Source of the DNA: Elusimicrobiota bacterium
Lineage (GTDB): Bacteria > Elusimicrobiota > Elusimicrobia > Elusimicrobiales > UBA9959
DNA: 64,000 nucleotides
Direction: 5' to 3'
Assembly: GCA_009773155.1 (NCBI GenBank)
Contig: WOVA01000002.1
Location: forward strand, 6,889-70,888
The translations under genes were made by a program, and so were the position numbers. Of the stretch, positions 24,232 through 36,261 are shown in pieces. The notes under the pieces are model-generated. The model saw only the letters and a list, made by a program, of their open reading frames with translations, searched no databases and was not told the DNA's origin. Each line of letters starts with the position of its first letter. Within the stretch, counting starts at the first letter, position 1.

Positions 24232-24867
24232 ATGTTTACAGGAATAATTGAAGCGATGGGAAAGATGAAGTCTTATGGCGGCGGGCGGCTGGCCGTGGAT
24301 GTACCGTCCGGCTGGCGGCTGGAAGCCGGCGAGAGCGTGGCCGTCAACGGCGTCTGCCTCACCTATATCTCCGCCAAGGGCCGCTCCGCCCTCTTCGACC
24401 TCAGCCCCGAGACCCGCTCGCGCACGGCCCTGCGCCTGCTGGGGCCCGGCGCCACGCTCAACCTGGAGCGCGCTCTCAAACTGGGCGCGCGCCTCGGCGG
24501 CCATTTCGTCACCGGGCACATAGACGGCGTGGTTAAACTGCTTTCCGCTGATAAGAAGTCTAACAGCGTCGAACTTGAATTCGAGGCTGGTCCCGGCGCC
24601 GTCATGGTCGAGAAAGGCTCCGTCGCCCTCGACGGCGTCAGCCTCACCGTCTTCGCCGTCACCCCCCGCTCCTTCAGGACGGCCGTCATCCCCCACACCT
24701 GGGCCAATACTTCCCTCAAAAACCTCAAGCCCGGTTCCGCCGTCAATATCGAGTACGACATACTGGGCAAGTACGCGCGCGCCGGAGGCGCTGTTCCGCC
24801 GCGAGCTCTGCGGGCGGCCGGCGACCCCGCCCTGCTCTCGGCGCTCAAGAAGAACGGTTTTTTCTGA
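24232..24867 (+). CDS. ribE: riboflavin synthase alpha chain
   Basis: 211 aa. MFTGIIEAMG...VNGVCLT, plus an internal second lumazine-binding repeat (GHIDGV...LDGVSLTV). Confidence 0.9.
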   Translation: MFTGIIEAMGKMKSYGGGRLAVDVPSGWRLEAGESVAVNGVCLTYISAKGRSALFDLSPETRSRTALRLLGPGATLNLERALKLGARLGGHFVTGHIDGVVKLLSADKKSNSVELEFEAGPGAVMVEKGSVALDGVSLTVFAVTPRSFRTAVIPHTWANTSLKNLKPGSAVNIEYDILGKYARAGGAVPPRALRAAGDPALLSALKKNGFF

Positions 24868-24907
24868 GCCGTTGACCCGCCCCCCCTCATTTTGGGAAGA
24901 TTTATCC

Positions 24908-25516
24908 ATGACCGGGTTCAATGTCAGTACGGCGCGCGGCGGGGTCCTGGTCTTCTACGCCGTCACGACCGTTTTCGGCTTCGCTTCCGCCCTGGCCCCC
25001 GATCAGACCTACAAGGAGGTTCTGCTCTGGATGGGCCGCGGCTTCGGCGGCTTCATGGGCTTCGCCCTGGTCCTGATAGGCCTGCAGGAACTTCATGGCG
25101 ACGAGATCGAGGAGGAGATCAACGGCCGCCCGGACGAACCGGCCTGGCGGGTCGTCAGCAGGATACTTGCCTGGGGCAGTCCGCTGGCCGCGTTCTGGCA
25201 TTTCCGGTCCGGCAATATATGGGACGGCCTTCTTTACCTGTGTTATCCCGCCTGGCTGATACTGCTGCGGCTGGAGGCCAGGCGCCGCCGGATCGTCTCG
25301 GGCCGCCGCGGCGTCCCGCTCTTCTGGCGGGCCCTGTTCTATCTCGCCCTTATCGCCTGCGGCGTTTCTTTCGTCCTGACCGCGGCCCTTCCCCACGGCG
25401 GACCCAAATTCCTCTGGGACGGCGAGGTTTACCGGTTCTTCCCTTTCCTGACGCTGATTTCCATCCCCCTTATCATAATCGGCGCGGTCGGCTGCGGCGG
25501 CCGGCTGCGCGGCTGA
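24908..25516 (+). CDS. hypothetical multi-pass membrane protein
   Basis: Start MTGFNVSTARGGVLVFYAV. At least 5 hydrophobic helices. No family recognised. The upstream part of track ORF 24575 overlaps ribE. Confidence 0.5.
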   Translation: MTGFNVSTARGGVLVFYAVTTVFGFASALAPDQTYKEVLLWMGRGFGGFMGFALVLIGLQELHGDEIEEEINGRPDEPAWRVVSRILAWGSPLAAFWHFRSGNIWDGLLYLCYPAWLILLRLEARRRRIVSGRRGVPLFWRALFYLALIACGVSFVLTAALPHGGPKFLWDGEVYRFFPFLTLISIPLIIIGAVGCGGRLRG

Positions 25517-25555
25517 TTGACCGCGGGCAACTTAAATCGTATATTGTCCTTAACT

Positions 25556-26875
25556 ATGAAAAAGACCCTTTTCACCCTCTTAGCCTTGGCGCTCTTCTCG
25601 CCATCCTTCGCCGCCGGCGACAGCGGACCGGAGCGATCCCTTTCCTTCAGGCAGCTGCTCAGCCGGGTTGCCGTCTCCAATTCCTCGCTGGCCCTGCCCG
25701 AGCCGGAGGCCATAGTCATAAAGGACGACCTGGCCCTCCTGGCCGACGACCGCTCCTGGGTGACCGTAGGCGCGACGGACAAGTACCAGCGCACCCGGCT
25801 GCTGGAGCTGGGCCTGGATATAGTGGAAGTGGAAAAGAATTCGGTGCGCGGCTTCGCCCGCGAGTCCGCCGTCCGCGAGATCACGGCCAAGGGCTTCAGG
25901 CTGGACGACAAGGTCTCCATCTATAATTTCGCCAAAGATTTCCCGATCGCCGACGCCGCTTATCACAATCTCGAAGAGACGATGGCGGTCCTGAGGGGGC
26001 TGGCCGCCGCCCACCCGGCGGAGACTTCGCTGTTCTCCATAGGCAAGAGCGTGGAAGGCCGCGATATCTGGGCCCTGCGCATAAACCCCGCCGAGAAAGG
26101 CGCGGCCCCCAGCGCCCGCCCCGGCGCCTTCTTCATGGCCAATCACCACGCGCGCGAGCATCTCACCAACGAGGTGGCCCTGCTCTTCGCCGTCTGGCTG
26201 CTGGAGAACAAGAACATCCCTGAGGTAAAGAAATATCTGGACACGCTGGATATACACATAATCCCGGTCAGCAACCCCGACGGCAAGGAATTCGATATCG
26301 CCACCGGCAAGTACAAATGGTGGCGCAAGAATCGCAGCGTCAACGCCGACGGCACCTACGGCGTGGACTTGAACCGCAATTACGACGCCCGCTGGTGCAA
26401 GGCCGGCGCCTCCACCTCCCCCTCGGCCGACACCTACTGCGGTCCCTCGGCCTTCTCCGAGCCCGAGACCCGCGCCATACGCGATTTCGTCCTGGCCAGG
26501 CCCAACATAAAGACTCTGCTCAGCTACCATACCTATTCCGAACTGATACTCTACCCCTGGGCCGGGCTCGACGCGCCGCTCGAGAACAAGACCGACCTCA
26601 AGGTGTTCGAGACGATGGCTAAAGCGTTCGCCGGTTTCACCGGCTACGTTCCCCAGCAGTCCAGCGACCTCTATGTCGCCACCGGCGACACCACCGACTG
26701 GGCCTACATGGCGCGGGGCATCTTCGCCTTCACCTTCGAGCTGACCCCCAAGCGCTGGGGAGGCGGCGGCTTCTATCCCGGCGCCGGCGTAATCCAGAAA
26801 ACGGTGGCCGACAATATCAAGGCCGCCATGTACATGCTCAGCGTCACCGACGACCCTTATAGACTGGTTCGCTGA
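25556..26875 (+). CDS. secreted M14-family zinc carboxypeptidase
   Basis: Signal peptide MKKTLFTLLALALFSPSFAAG. Zinc and catalytic blocks HHAREHLT, NPDGKEF, WRKNR, GVDLNRNY, YHTYSELILYPW. Confidence 0.85.
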   Translation: MKKTLFTLLALALFSPSFAAGDSGPERSLSFRQLLSRVAVSNSSLALPEPEAIVIKDDLALLADDRSWVTVGATDKYQRTRLLELGLDIVEVEKNSVRGFARESAVREITAKGFRLDDKVSIYNFAKDFPIADAAYHNLEETMAVLRGLAAAHPAETSLFSIGKSVEGRDIWALRINPAEKGAAPSARPGAFFMANHHAREHLTNEVALLFAVWLLENKNIPEVKKYLDTLDIHIIPVSNPDGKEFDIATGKYKWWRKNRSVNADGTYGVDLNRNYDARWCKAGASTSPSADTYCGPSAFSEPETRAIRDFVLARPNIKTLLSYHTYSELILYPWAGLDAPLENKTDLKVFETMAKAFAGFTGYVPQQSSDLYVATGDTTDWAYMARGIFAFTFELTPKRWGGGGFYPGAGVIQKTVADNIKAAMYMLSVTDDPYRLVR

Positions 26876-26901
26876 CTTTCAGCGGTACGCAAAAAGAGCG
26901 C

Positions 26902-27348
26902 CTATTTGCTTTTTGGCGACAGCCGCTCGTAAGCGGCCTGTATTTCCTTAAAGCGCCGGTGAGCCATGGCTTTAAACTCGTCGCCAAGGTGGTCGACCTT
27001 GTCGGGGTGATACTTGTTGGCCAGCTTAAGGTAGGCCTGGCGTATCTCTTCGGCGGAGGCGCTCTTCGTCACGCCGAGGACCTTATAGGGGTCCTGTTCG
27101 CCTTTGATGTCCTCGGGCTTGTCGTTATCCTTTTCCCCCGGCCCGGCCTTTTCATTTAGCCCGACCTTTTCCTCGCCTTTAACTTGTCCCGCCTTCAGCC
27201 GGGCCGGCCGGCGGATCATATACCAGTACAGCGCGGCTATGACCACGATATCGTCTATGAACCCTAAACGGCCCAGAGCCCGCTCCGGTAGTAGGTCTAT
27301 CGGGCTCAACAGGTAGAGCGCGGAAAGTATGTAAAACCAGGTCTTCAT
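26902..27348 (-). CDS. membrane-anchored J-domain protein (DUF1232/YkvA-like N-terminus + DnaJ J-domain)
   Basis: N-terminus YLLSPIDLLPE...GFIDDIVVIAALYW. C-terminus DPYKVLGV...EEIRQAYLKLANKYHPDK. The ATG lies 3 nt downstream of the nuoN stop on the same strand. Confidence 0.8.
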   Translation of the reverse strand: MKTWFYILSALYLLSPIDLLPERALGRLGFIDDIVVIAALYWYMIRRPARLKAGQVKGEEKVGLNEKAGPGEKDNDKPEDIKGEQDPYKVLGVTKSASAEEIRQAYLKLANKYHPDKVDHLGDEFKAMAHRRFKEIQAAYERLSPKSK

Positions 27349-27351
27349 TGT

Positions 27352-28746
27352 TTAAGGCAGAAAGGGCAGGGCGCGGGCGGCCGGGAGGAGGAAGAGGTCG
27401 GCGGCCAGGCCGCCGAGCAGGACGAAGGCGCCCAGCAGCCACAGTGTGAGCGGGGTGGCGGCGCGCGGGACCGCGGCGGCATCGCCCTTGCCGGAGTACA
27501 TAGCGGTTATTATCGAGAGATAATAATAGAGCGAGACTGCGCTGGCCAGCACCGCTATGACGACCAGGCCCGGGGCCGCGCCGCGCACGGCCTGGGCGAA
27601 GAGCCAGAACTTGCCGAAGAAGCCGGCCAGCGGCGGTATGCCTGCCAGCGAGAGGACGAAGACGGCCAGCAGGGCGGCCTTGGCGGGGTCGGCGGCGGCA
27701 AGGCCGCGCAGGCCGTCCAGCGTGACGCCCTTCTCCTCCTTCTCGAGTATCGCCACCAGCGAGAAGGCGCCGATGGTGGCGGCGGCGTAGACGGCGAGGT
27801 AGAAATAGACGGCGGGGAAGGCGGCTTTGCCGCCCATGAAGCCGGTCAGCAGGTAGCCGGCGTGCGCCACGCTGGAATAGGCCAGCATGCGCTTTACGCC
27901 GGTCTGCGGCAGGGCGGCTATATTGCCGGCGGCCATGGTGAGAGCGGCCACCCACCAGAAGATCTTGTAGTAGAGCGGCAGGTCGGCCGCGACGAAAAGC
28001 CGGAACAGTATCAGCACCGCGCCGGCCTTGACGGCCGAGGCCATGAAGGCGGAGACCGGCGTAGGCGCGCCTTCGTAGACGTCGGGCACCCACATATGGA
28101 ACGGCACCAGCGCGGCCTTGAAGGCGAAGCCGGCCATGATGAGCAGGAAGCCGGCCGAGGCGGCGGCCTGGGTCACCGTGAGGCCTGAGATGGCGGCGGC
28201 GGAGGTGATAAGCACCGAGCCGACGGAGCCGTAGAAGAAGGCGATGCCCAGCACGGTCAGCGCGGCGCCGAAAGAACCGAGCAGGAAGTATTTGTACCCG
28301 GCCTCGGCGCCGGCGGCGGTGCGGCGGGCGGCGGCCAGGGCGTAAAGCGGCAGCGAGACCACTTCCAGCGCTATGAAGACGCCGATGAGGTCGCCGGTAG
28401 CCAGCATGGCCATGAGGCCGACGGCGGAGATGGGCAGGAGGAAATAGTATTCATTGGCCGGCAGCTCGGCCGCGCAGGCGGCGCGCGGGGTGAGCACGAC
28501 GGCGGCGAAGGCCGCCGCTAGTATGAGCAGCCAGAAGAGCTTTGTCAGCGGGTCATAGACCAGCGACTGGCCGAAGGGAAGTATGTTCGCCGGGGCGCTG
28601 ACGGCGACGTTGAAGAGTGCGGCGGCCAGTCCTATGCCGGCGGCGCGCTGGGCCCAGGCGGGGCGCACGAGCAGGGCTATGATGGCCGGCACGGCGACCA
28701 GCAGGAGCGGCGCTATAAGGTCGAGAAGAGTCTTGGGGTTTTCCAT
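27352..28746 (-). CDS. nuoN: NADH-quinone oxidoreductase subunit N
   Basis: 464-aa polytopic antiporter-like subunit and last gene of the nuo series. Contains LLGSFGAA...FKAALVPFHMWVPDVYEGAPTPV. Confidence 0.85.
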   Translation of the reverse strand: MENPKTLLDLIAPLLLVAVPAIIALLVRPAWAQRAAGIGLAAALFNVAVSAPANILPFGQSLVYDPLTKLFWLLILAAAFAAVVLTPRAACAAELPANEYYFLLPISAVGLMAMLATGDLIGVFIALEVVSLPLYALAAARRTAAGAEAGYKYFLLGSFGAALTVLGIAFFYGSVGSVLITSAAAISGLTVTQAAASAGFLLIMAGFAFKAALVPFHMWVPDVYEGAPTPVSAFMASAVKAGAVLILFRLFVAADLPLYYKIFWWVAALTMAAGNIAALPQTGVKRMLAYSSVAHAGYLLTGFMGGKAAFPAVYFYLAVYAAATIGAFSLVAILEKEEKGVTLDGLRGLAAADPAKAALLAVFVLSLAGIPPLAGFFGKFWLFAQAVRGAAPGLVVIAVLASAVSLYYYLSIITAMYSGKGDAAAVPRAATPLTLWLLGAFVLLGGLAADLFLLPAARALPFLP

Positions 28747-28790
28747 ATCAGATGAAATCTATCCGGGTCGCCCTATTCTGTTCTCCACGC

Positions 28791-30307
28791 TCACTTTTCC
28801 CCCTTCGCCAGGGAGAATACCGGGCGGGGGCCGCCGGCGAGGCGGATATAATCGTTGACGGCGGTGTCGATGCGCCGGAGGAAGAAATTGGGATAGACGC
28901 CTATCCAGACTATCAGCGCCAGCAGCGGCAGGACGCAGAGCCATTCGCGGACTTTGAGGTCCGGCAGTTCTTTATTGGCGGTGTTGGAGACGGGGCCGAA
29001 GAAAACTTTCTGATACATCCCCAGCATATAGACGGCCGACAGTATCACGCCGCCCAGCGAGACCAGCGCCAGGCAGGGCCAGACCTTAAAGGCGCCGAAG
29101 AGTATGAGGAACTCGCCGATGAAACCGTTGAGGCCGGGCAGGCCGATGGACGAGAGCGTGACTATCATGAAGACCGCGGCGAAGGCCGGCATAATTTTCG
29201 CGATGCCGCCATAGTCGGCCATCAGCCGCGTGTGGCGACGCTCATAGAGCATCCCTACGCAGAGGAACAGCGCGCCGGTGCTCAGGCCGTGATTTACCAT
29301 CTGTAGTACCGCGCCGCTGACGGCCGCCGGCTCGAGTACCAGGACGCCGACCATGACTATGCCAAGGTGAGCCACCGACGAATAGGCGACCAGTTTCTTG
29401 ATATCGTCCTGCGCCCAGGCGGTCAGCGAGCCGTAGATGACGCCGAAGGCGCCAAGCGCGGCTATCGGCCAGCCGGCCGTCATCGCCGCCTCAGGGAAGA
29501 AAGGCACCGCTATCCTGATGAAGCCGTAGACGCCCATCTTGAGCAGCACGCCGGCCAGGATTATCGAGCCGGCCGTCGGGGCCTCGACGTGCGCGTCGGG
29601 CAGCCAGGTGTGGAAAGGCCAGAGCGGCACCTTTACGGCGAAGGCCAGCGCGAAGGCCAGGAACAGCAGCATCCCCGTCCCCCCCGCCGCCGAATTGTTG
29701 TAGGCCGTCAGCGCGAAAGTATAGACGCCGGTCCTGCTCTGATGGTCGAAATAGAGCCAGAGTATGGCGGCCAGCATCAGCAGGCTGCCGGCCATGGTGT
29801 AGATGAAGAATTTGACCGAGGCGTATATCCTGCGCCGGCCGCCCCAGATGCCGATGATGAAGTACATGGGTATCAGCATGGCCTCCCAGAAGACATAGAA
29901 GAGCAGCAGGTCCAGCGCGGCGAAGACGCCCAGCATGCCGGTCTGCAGCGCCAGCAGCGAGGCGTAATAGAAGCGGCGGTGTTCTTTGACCGCCGTAAAC
30001 GACGACAGTACCGCTATCGGCGCCAGGAAGGCGGTAAGGATGAACATCAGCATGCTGATGCCGTCGAGGCCTATCGTGTAGCGGGCGCCCAGCGCCGAGA
30101 GCCAGGGCAGGTCCTGCGCGAACTGCATGCCGGGCAGGGCCGGGTCGAAACCGGTATAGAGCGCCAGCGCGGGGATGAAGGCCAGCAGCGAGGAGGTCAG
30201 GGCCAGCGGGCCCGAGAGATGTTCCTTGGCGCGCGGCAGCAGGGCGATCAGTACGCCCGCCGCCAGCGGCAGGTAGATGGCGAGATTGAGCAGGTCGGGT
30301 CCTATCA

Positions 30308-30311
<4 letters not shown>
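28791..30311 (-). CDS. nuoM: NADH-quinone oxidoreductase subunit M
   Basis: 506 aa. AFAVKVPLWPFHTWLPDAHVEAPTAGS, typical of NuoM. Confidence 0.85.
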
Positions 30312-32230
<1,919 letters not shown>

Positions 32231-32560
32231 TTATCCCCTGAGTCCTTTCAAAGCGTCTATATCCAGCGTGCCCAGCCGGCGCCAGATGAGCACCGCCAGC
32301 GCCAGGCCCACGCCGGCCTCGGCGGCGGCCACGGCGAACATGAAGATCACCCAGACCTGCGGGTCGGGCGAGGCGGGCGCGCGCGAGAAGGCGACCAGCA
32401 CGATATTGGCGCCGTTGAGCATCAGCTCCACGCACATCAGCAGGACGATAAGGTTGCGGCGCACCAGGAAGCCGAAGGCCCCGGCGGCGAAGACGGCCAC
32501 GCCCAGGCCGACTATATGGGCCAGAGGTACCGAATCGGTGAGGGGCAGGAAATGTATCAT
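32231..32560 (-). CDS. nuoK: NADH-quinone oxidoreductase subunit K
   Basis: 109 aa with 3 TM helices. LMCVELMLNGANI...AAAEAGVGLA. Confidence 0.9.
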   Translation of the reverse strand: MIHFLPLTDSVPLAHIVGLGVAVFAAGAFGFLVRRNLIVLLMCVELMLNGANIVLVAFSRAPASPDPQVWVIFMFAVAAAEAGVGLALAVLIWRRLGTLDIDALKGLRG

Positions 32561-33060
32561 AGCTTCTTCTTGGCCGCCACTACGGCCCCCGCTATGCCCG
32601 CCAGCACCAGCAGCGAGAGCAGCTCGAACTGCGGCGTGTAGCGGCCGAAGATAAGCCCCGCCTGCTCCGCGACGGAGTAGGGCTCGGGCGCCAGTTTGAC
32701 GAAAGCGATGAAGAAGCGCGTGGCGGCCAGCATGAGCAGGCCGAAGAGTCCGGCCGCGGCGGCGCCGGCGGCCATCAGCAGCAGCCGCGGCAGCGGCGGG
32801 GTTTTCAACGGCTCGTCCTGTCCGGTCATATGTATGGCCAGGATGAACAGCGCCATGACGGCGCCGGCGTAGACTATGATCTGCAGCAGGCCGGCCAGTT
32901 CCGCTCCCAGCAGTATGTAGAGGGCGGAAGTGGCCAGCAGGGTGAAAAGCAGCGACAGGGCGCAGTACAGCGGCCGCCGCAGCAGCACGGTGCCCGCGGC
33001 CCCGGCCAGGATGGCGCCCGAGAGCAGGTAGAAGGCGGCGGTGAGCAGGAGGGGCCTCAT
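32557..33060 (-). CDS. nuoJ: NADH-quinone oxidoreductase subunit J
   Basis: Start MRPLLLTAAFY at an ATGA overlap with the nuoI stop. LLQIIVYAGAVMALF motif. Track ORF extends to 33084. Confidence 0.8.
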   Translation of the reverse strand: MRPLLLTAAFYLLSGAILAGAAGTVLLRRPLYCALSLLFTLLATSALYILLGAELAGLLQIIVYAGAVMALFILAIHMTGQDEPLKTPPLPRLLLMAAGAAAAGLFGLLMLAATRFFIAFVKLAPEPYSVAEQAGLIFGRYTPQFELLSLLVLAGIAGAVVAAKKKL

Positions 33061-33620
33061 TTCTTCTTCACCTTCCGGTCCCATTCATTGTGCAGCCGGG
33101 TGGAGGCGCCCAGCAGCGAAGGCTCGCCGGGCAGATTGCGCAGCAGTTCGCGCTTGTCCATCATCAGTTCTTCCCGCGTCAGCGCGCCGCCCGGTATATC
33201 CCCGGTGTCCATGGCGATGGCGTCCTCGGGGCAGGCCTCCACGCACATGCCGCACATCACGCACCTGGAGAGGTCTATATCGAAGCCGCGCGGATATTTT
33301 TCCGCGGGGTTGCCGTCATTGTACTCGGCGGCGGTGATATCTATGCAGTAGGCCGGGCAGGCGGTCTGGCACATATAGCAGGCCACGCATTTGGGCGTGC
33401 CGTCGGCGCGGACCTTTAGGCGGTGGCGGGTGCGCAGGCGGGCATTGCCCGGCAGCGGGAGGCGCTCCTCCGGGTAGCTGACGGTGACTATGTTGGACGG
33501 CTTAAAGAGATTGCGGAAGAAATGCCTGAGCGTGACCAGCATGCCGGCGGCCACTTCGGTGAAATAGAGCCGCTCCAGGAGCGTCAGCGGGCGGTTATCC
33601 ACTTTCTTTATCCTTATCAT
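33057..33620 (-). CDS. nuoI: NADH-quinone oxidoreductase subunit I (2x[4Fe-4S])
   Basis: CVACYMCQTACP and CVMCGMCVEACP ferredoxin motifs. Start MIRIKK forms an ATGA overlap with the nuoH stop. An alternative ATG is at 33632. Confidence 0.85.
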   Translation of the reverse strand: MIRIKKVDNRPLTLLERLYFTEVAAGMLVTLRHFFRNLFKPSNIVTVSYPEERLPLPGNARLRTRHRLKVRADGTPKCVACYMCQTACPAYCIDITAAEYNDGNPAEKYPRGFDIDLSRCVMCGMCVEACPEDAIAMDTGDIPGGALTREELMMDKRELLRNLPGEPSLLGASTRLHNEWDRKVKKK

Positions 33621-34741
33621 GCCAGCCACCATATTAAGACGCCCGTCACGAGTATATTGAGCAGGGCCAGCGGCAGCAGGCCCTTCCAGCAAAGCGTCAT
33701 CACCTGGTCGAAGCGGAAGCGCGGCACCGTCCAGCGTATGACCAGCAGCAGCCAGCTGAAGAAGACTGTCTTGACCGAGATGCTGCCCACCTGCAGCAGG
33801 ACCACGAGGTAATGGTTGAGCGGGATCTCCGTTCCCCACGGGAAGACGAAGCCCGAGGCCTGGAGATACGGCACCTGCCAGCCGCCGAAGAAAAGCGTCG
33901 CGGCCAGCATCGAGATGACTATGATCTCGATGAACTCCGAGAACATGAAGGAGGCGAAGCGCATCGAGCTGTATTCCAGGAAATAGCCGATGATCTCGCT
34001 CTCGCCCTCGACCACGTCGAAGGGCGTGCGCTTGTTCTCGGCCTGCGCGGCGGCCAGGAACAGCAGGAAGGCGAAGGGCTGATAGACTATGCCCCAGGCC
34101 GGCAGCCAGCCGAAGAGCAGTTCGCCCTGCGCCTGCGCTATGTCCTGCAGACTGGCCGTGCCGTAGACCATCAGCACTCCTACCAGGGTGAGGCCCAGCG
34201 CCACCTCGTAGGAGATCATCTGCGCGGCGGCGCGCAGCGAGCCCAGCAGCGCGAAGTTGTTGCGAGAGGCCCAGCCGGAGAGGAAGGCGCCGTAGATGGC
34301 CAGCGACGAGACGGCCAGGATGAAGAGTACGCCCAGGTTGAAATCGGCTATCTGCAGGTTTATCCGCAGGCCGGCGATATCAATGTAATTGCCGAAGGGC
34401 AGGGCGGCGAAAAGAAGCAGCACCGGGAACAGGGCTAAGAGCGGGGCCAGCGTGAAAAGGAACTTATCCCCCCATCGCGGCACGAAGTCCTCTTTGAATA
34501 TGAGTTTGAGTCCGTCGGCGGCGGGATGGAACAGTCCGCCCAGCGCGAAGCCGAACACCGAGGCGCGGTTGGGGCCGACCCGGTCCTGCATCAGCGCGCT
34601 CACCTTGCGCTCGGCCAGCGTCAGCAGCGCGGCGAAGCCCATGACGGCGCCGAAGACCACGCAGACCTTGAGGAAAGAGACGCCCAGGAAGACCAGCGGC
34701 CCTTTGTTGAGGAGGATGAAATCGGGTATAGGCAGGGTCAT
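33617..34741 (-). CDS. nuoH: NADH-quinone oxidoreductase subunit H
   Basis: 374 aa. LAERKVSALMQDRVGPNR and EGESEIIGYFLEYSSMRFA motifs. Confidence 0.9.
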   Translation of the reverse strand: MTLPIPDFILLNKGPLVFLGVSFLKVCVVFGAVMGFAALLTLAERKVSALMQDRVGPNRASVFGFALGGLFHPAADGLKLIFKEDFVPRWGDKFLFTLAPLLALFPVLLLFAALPFGNYIDIAGLRINLQIADFNLGVLFILAVSSLAIYGAFLSGWASRNNFALLGSLRAAAQMISYEVALGLTLVGVLMVYGTASLQDIAQAQGELLFGWLPAWGIVYQPFAFLLFLAAAQAENKRTPFDVVEGESEIIGYFLEYSSMRFASFMFSEFIEIIVISMLAATLFFGGWQVPYLQASGFVFPWGTEIPLNHYLVVLLQVGSISVKTVFFSWLLLVIRWTVPRFRFDQVMTLCWKGLLPLALLNILVTGVLIWWLA

Positions 34742-36261
34742 TTGAGGTAGAACTCCGCCGTATCGTCGGCCAGCGGGGCGTCCGCCAGCTCCGGGATCTT
34801 CGCCTTGATTCTCTCCAGCACCGCCGCGCGGGTCTCCAGCCGTATCGGCGCGCCCAGCATGGAGGCTATCCTGTCGGCGGCCTGCCAGACCGGCAGTACG
34901 CCTTCGGGCGCCTTCACCGCCGCGCGGGCGCGGCGCAGGCGGCCGGCGTAATTGATGAAGAGGCAGTCGGACTCGAAATGGCCGGCGGCCGGCAGCACGC
35001 AGGCGCGGCCGGGCGCGGGTTCGTCGGAGAAAGAGAACACGGAAGAGGGGATGTCGGTCCTGGCGGCGTTCAGGGCCGCTTTGACTTCCTCGTTGCGGCC
35101 CAGGATGAACTTCACCTCGCCGGAGGCGAGCCGCTCGCTGAACTGCTCGCGGGTATAGCCGCCGTAGACCGCGTGGATGAGGGCCAGGCCGCGGGAATTG
35201 GGCGAATGGTCGGTGTTCATCAGTATGCCGTCTTTTATGCCCGGCTCGGTGTTGAAGTGCAGGCAGAAATTTTTAGTCCCCAGCGCCGCGGCCAGTTCGG
35301 CCAGGGCGAGGTTGTCTTCGAGCGACATGAAAGGCGAGCCGAATATCGCCACCTGCTCCGGCTTGAGCTTTCCCAGCCGCGAGGCGGCGAAGCGCAGGCC
35401 GGCGGCGGGCTTGAGGTTCCCCTCCTCGCAGAAGGCCGCGGCGGGGCGGCCCGGGGCGCGCAGGGATTTATAGGTCATGCGGCCCTCGTCGCAGAGCCAG
35501 GGCGGGAAGCCCTCCACGGGGCGCGGCATCAGGCGGTAAACGACATTGTCTTTGTGATGCACCTCTAGGGGACAGCCGGTGGCGCAGCCCGCGCATACCG
35601 ACGGGGTCCGCTGCAGGAACCAGACGCGCTGCCTGAACCTGAAATCGGCCGAGGTGAAGGCGCCGACGGGGCAGAGATCGGCGATATTGAGCGAATAATC
35701 ATTGTCCAGCCGCGCGCCGGGCTTTAGGTCTATATAGGAATGGTCGCCGCGCTCGCGTACGCAGAGCTCGTCGGTTTTGGTTATTTCTTCGCAGAAGCGC
35801 ACGCAGCGGGTGCAGAGTATGCAGCGCTCATTGTCGAGTACCAGGTGCTTCCCTATATCGCGGCGCTTGTGGCGGCGCACTTTGTCGGTCTGCGGGAACC
35901 GGCTCTTGTGCAGGCCGTGCTCCATGTAATAGTCCTGCAGGCCGCATTCGCCGGCCTGGTCGCAGATGGGGCAGTCGAGCGGGTGGTTGATGAGGAGGAA
36001 TTCCAGCACGTCGCGGCGGGCGGCGCGGGCCTTTTCGCTGGCGGTGAGCACCGACATGCCCTCGGCGCAGGGCGTGGAGCAGGCGGTGACCAGTTTGGGC
36101 GCGCCCTCTATCTCTACCAGGCACATGCGGCAGTTGCCGGAGACGCTGAGCGACGGGTGATAGCAGTAGCGGGGTATGAGGACGCCCATGGCCTGGGCGG
36201 CCCCGAGTATCGAAGTCCCCGGCTTCACTTCCGTCTCTTTCCCGTCTATCTTCAGTTTCAT
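34738..36261 (-). CDS. nuoG: NADH-quinone oxidoreductase subunit G (short, 507 aa)
   Basis: Start MKLKIDGKETEV at an ATGA overlap with the nuoF stop. 2Fe-2S/4Fe-4S motifs CYHPSLSVSGNCRMCLVE, HPLDCPICDQAGEC, CILCTRCVRFC. The upstream part of track ORF (to 36501) overlaps nuoF. Confidence 0.85.
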   Translation of the reverse strand: MKLKIDGKETEVKPGTSILGAAQAMGVLIPRYCYHPSLSVSGNCRMCLVEIEGAPKLVTACSTPCAEGMSVLTASEKARAARRDVLEFLLINHPLDCPICDQAGECGLQDYYMEHGLHKSRFPQTDKVRRHKRRDIGKHLVLDNERCILCTRCVRFCEEITKTDELCVRERGDHSYIDLKPGARLDNDYSLNIADLCPVGAFTSADFRFRQRVWFLQRTPSVCAGCATGCPLEVHHKDNVVYRLMPRPVEGFPPWLCDEGRMTYKSLRAPGRPAAAFCEEGNLKPAAGLRFAASRLGKLKPEQVAIFGSPFMSLEDNLALAELAAALGTKNFCLHFNTEPGIKDGILMNTDHSPNSRGLALIHAVYGGYTREQFSERLASGEVKFILGRNEEVKAALNAARTDIPSSVFSFSDEPAPGRACVLPAAGHFESDCLFINYAGRLRRARAAVKAPEGVLPVWQAADRIASMLGAPIRLETRAAVLERIKAKIPELADAPLADDTAEFYLK

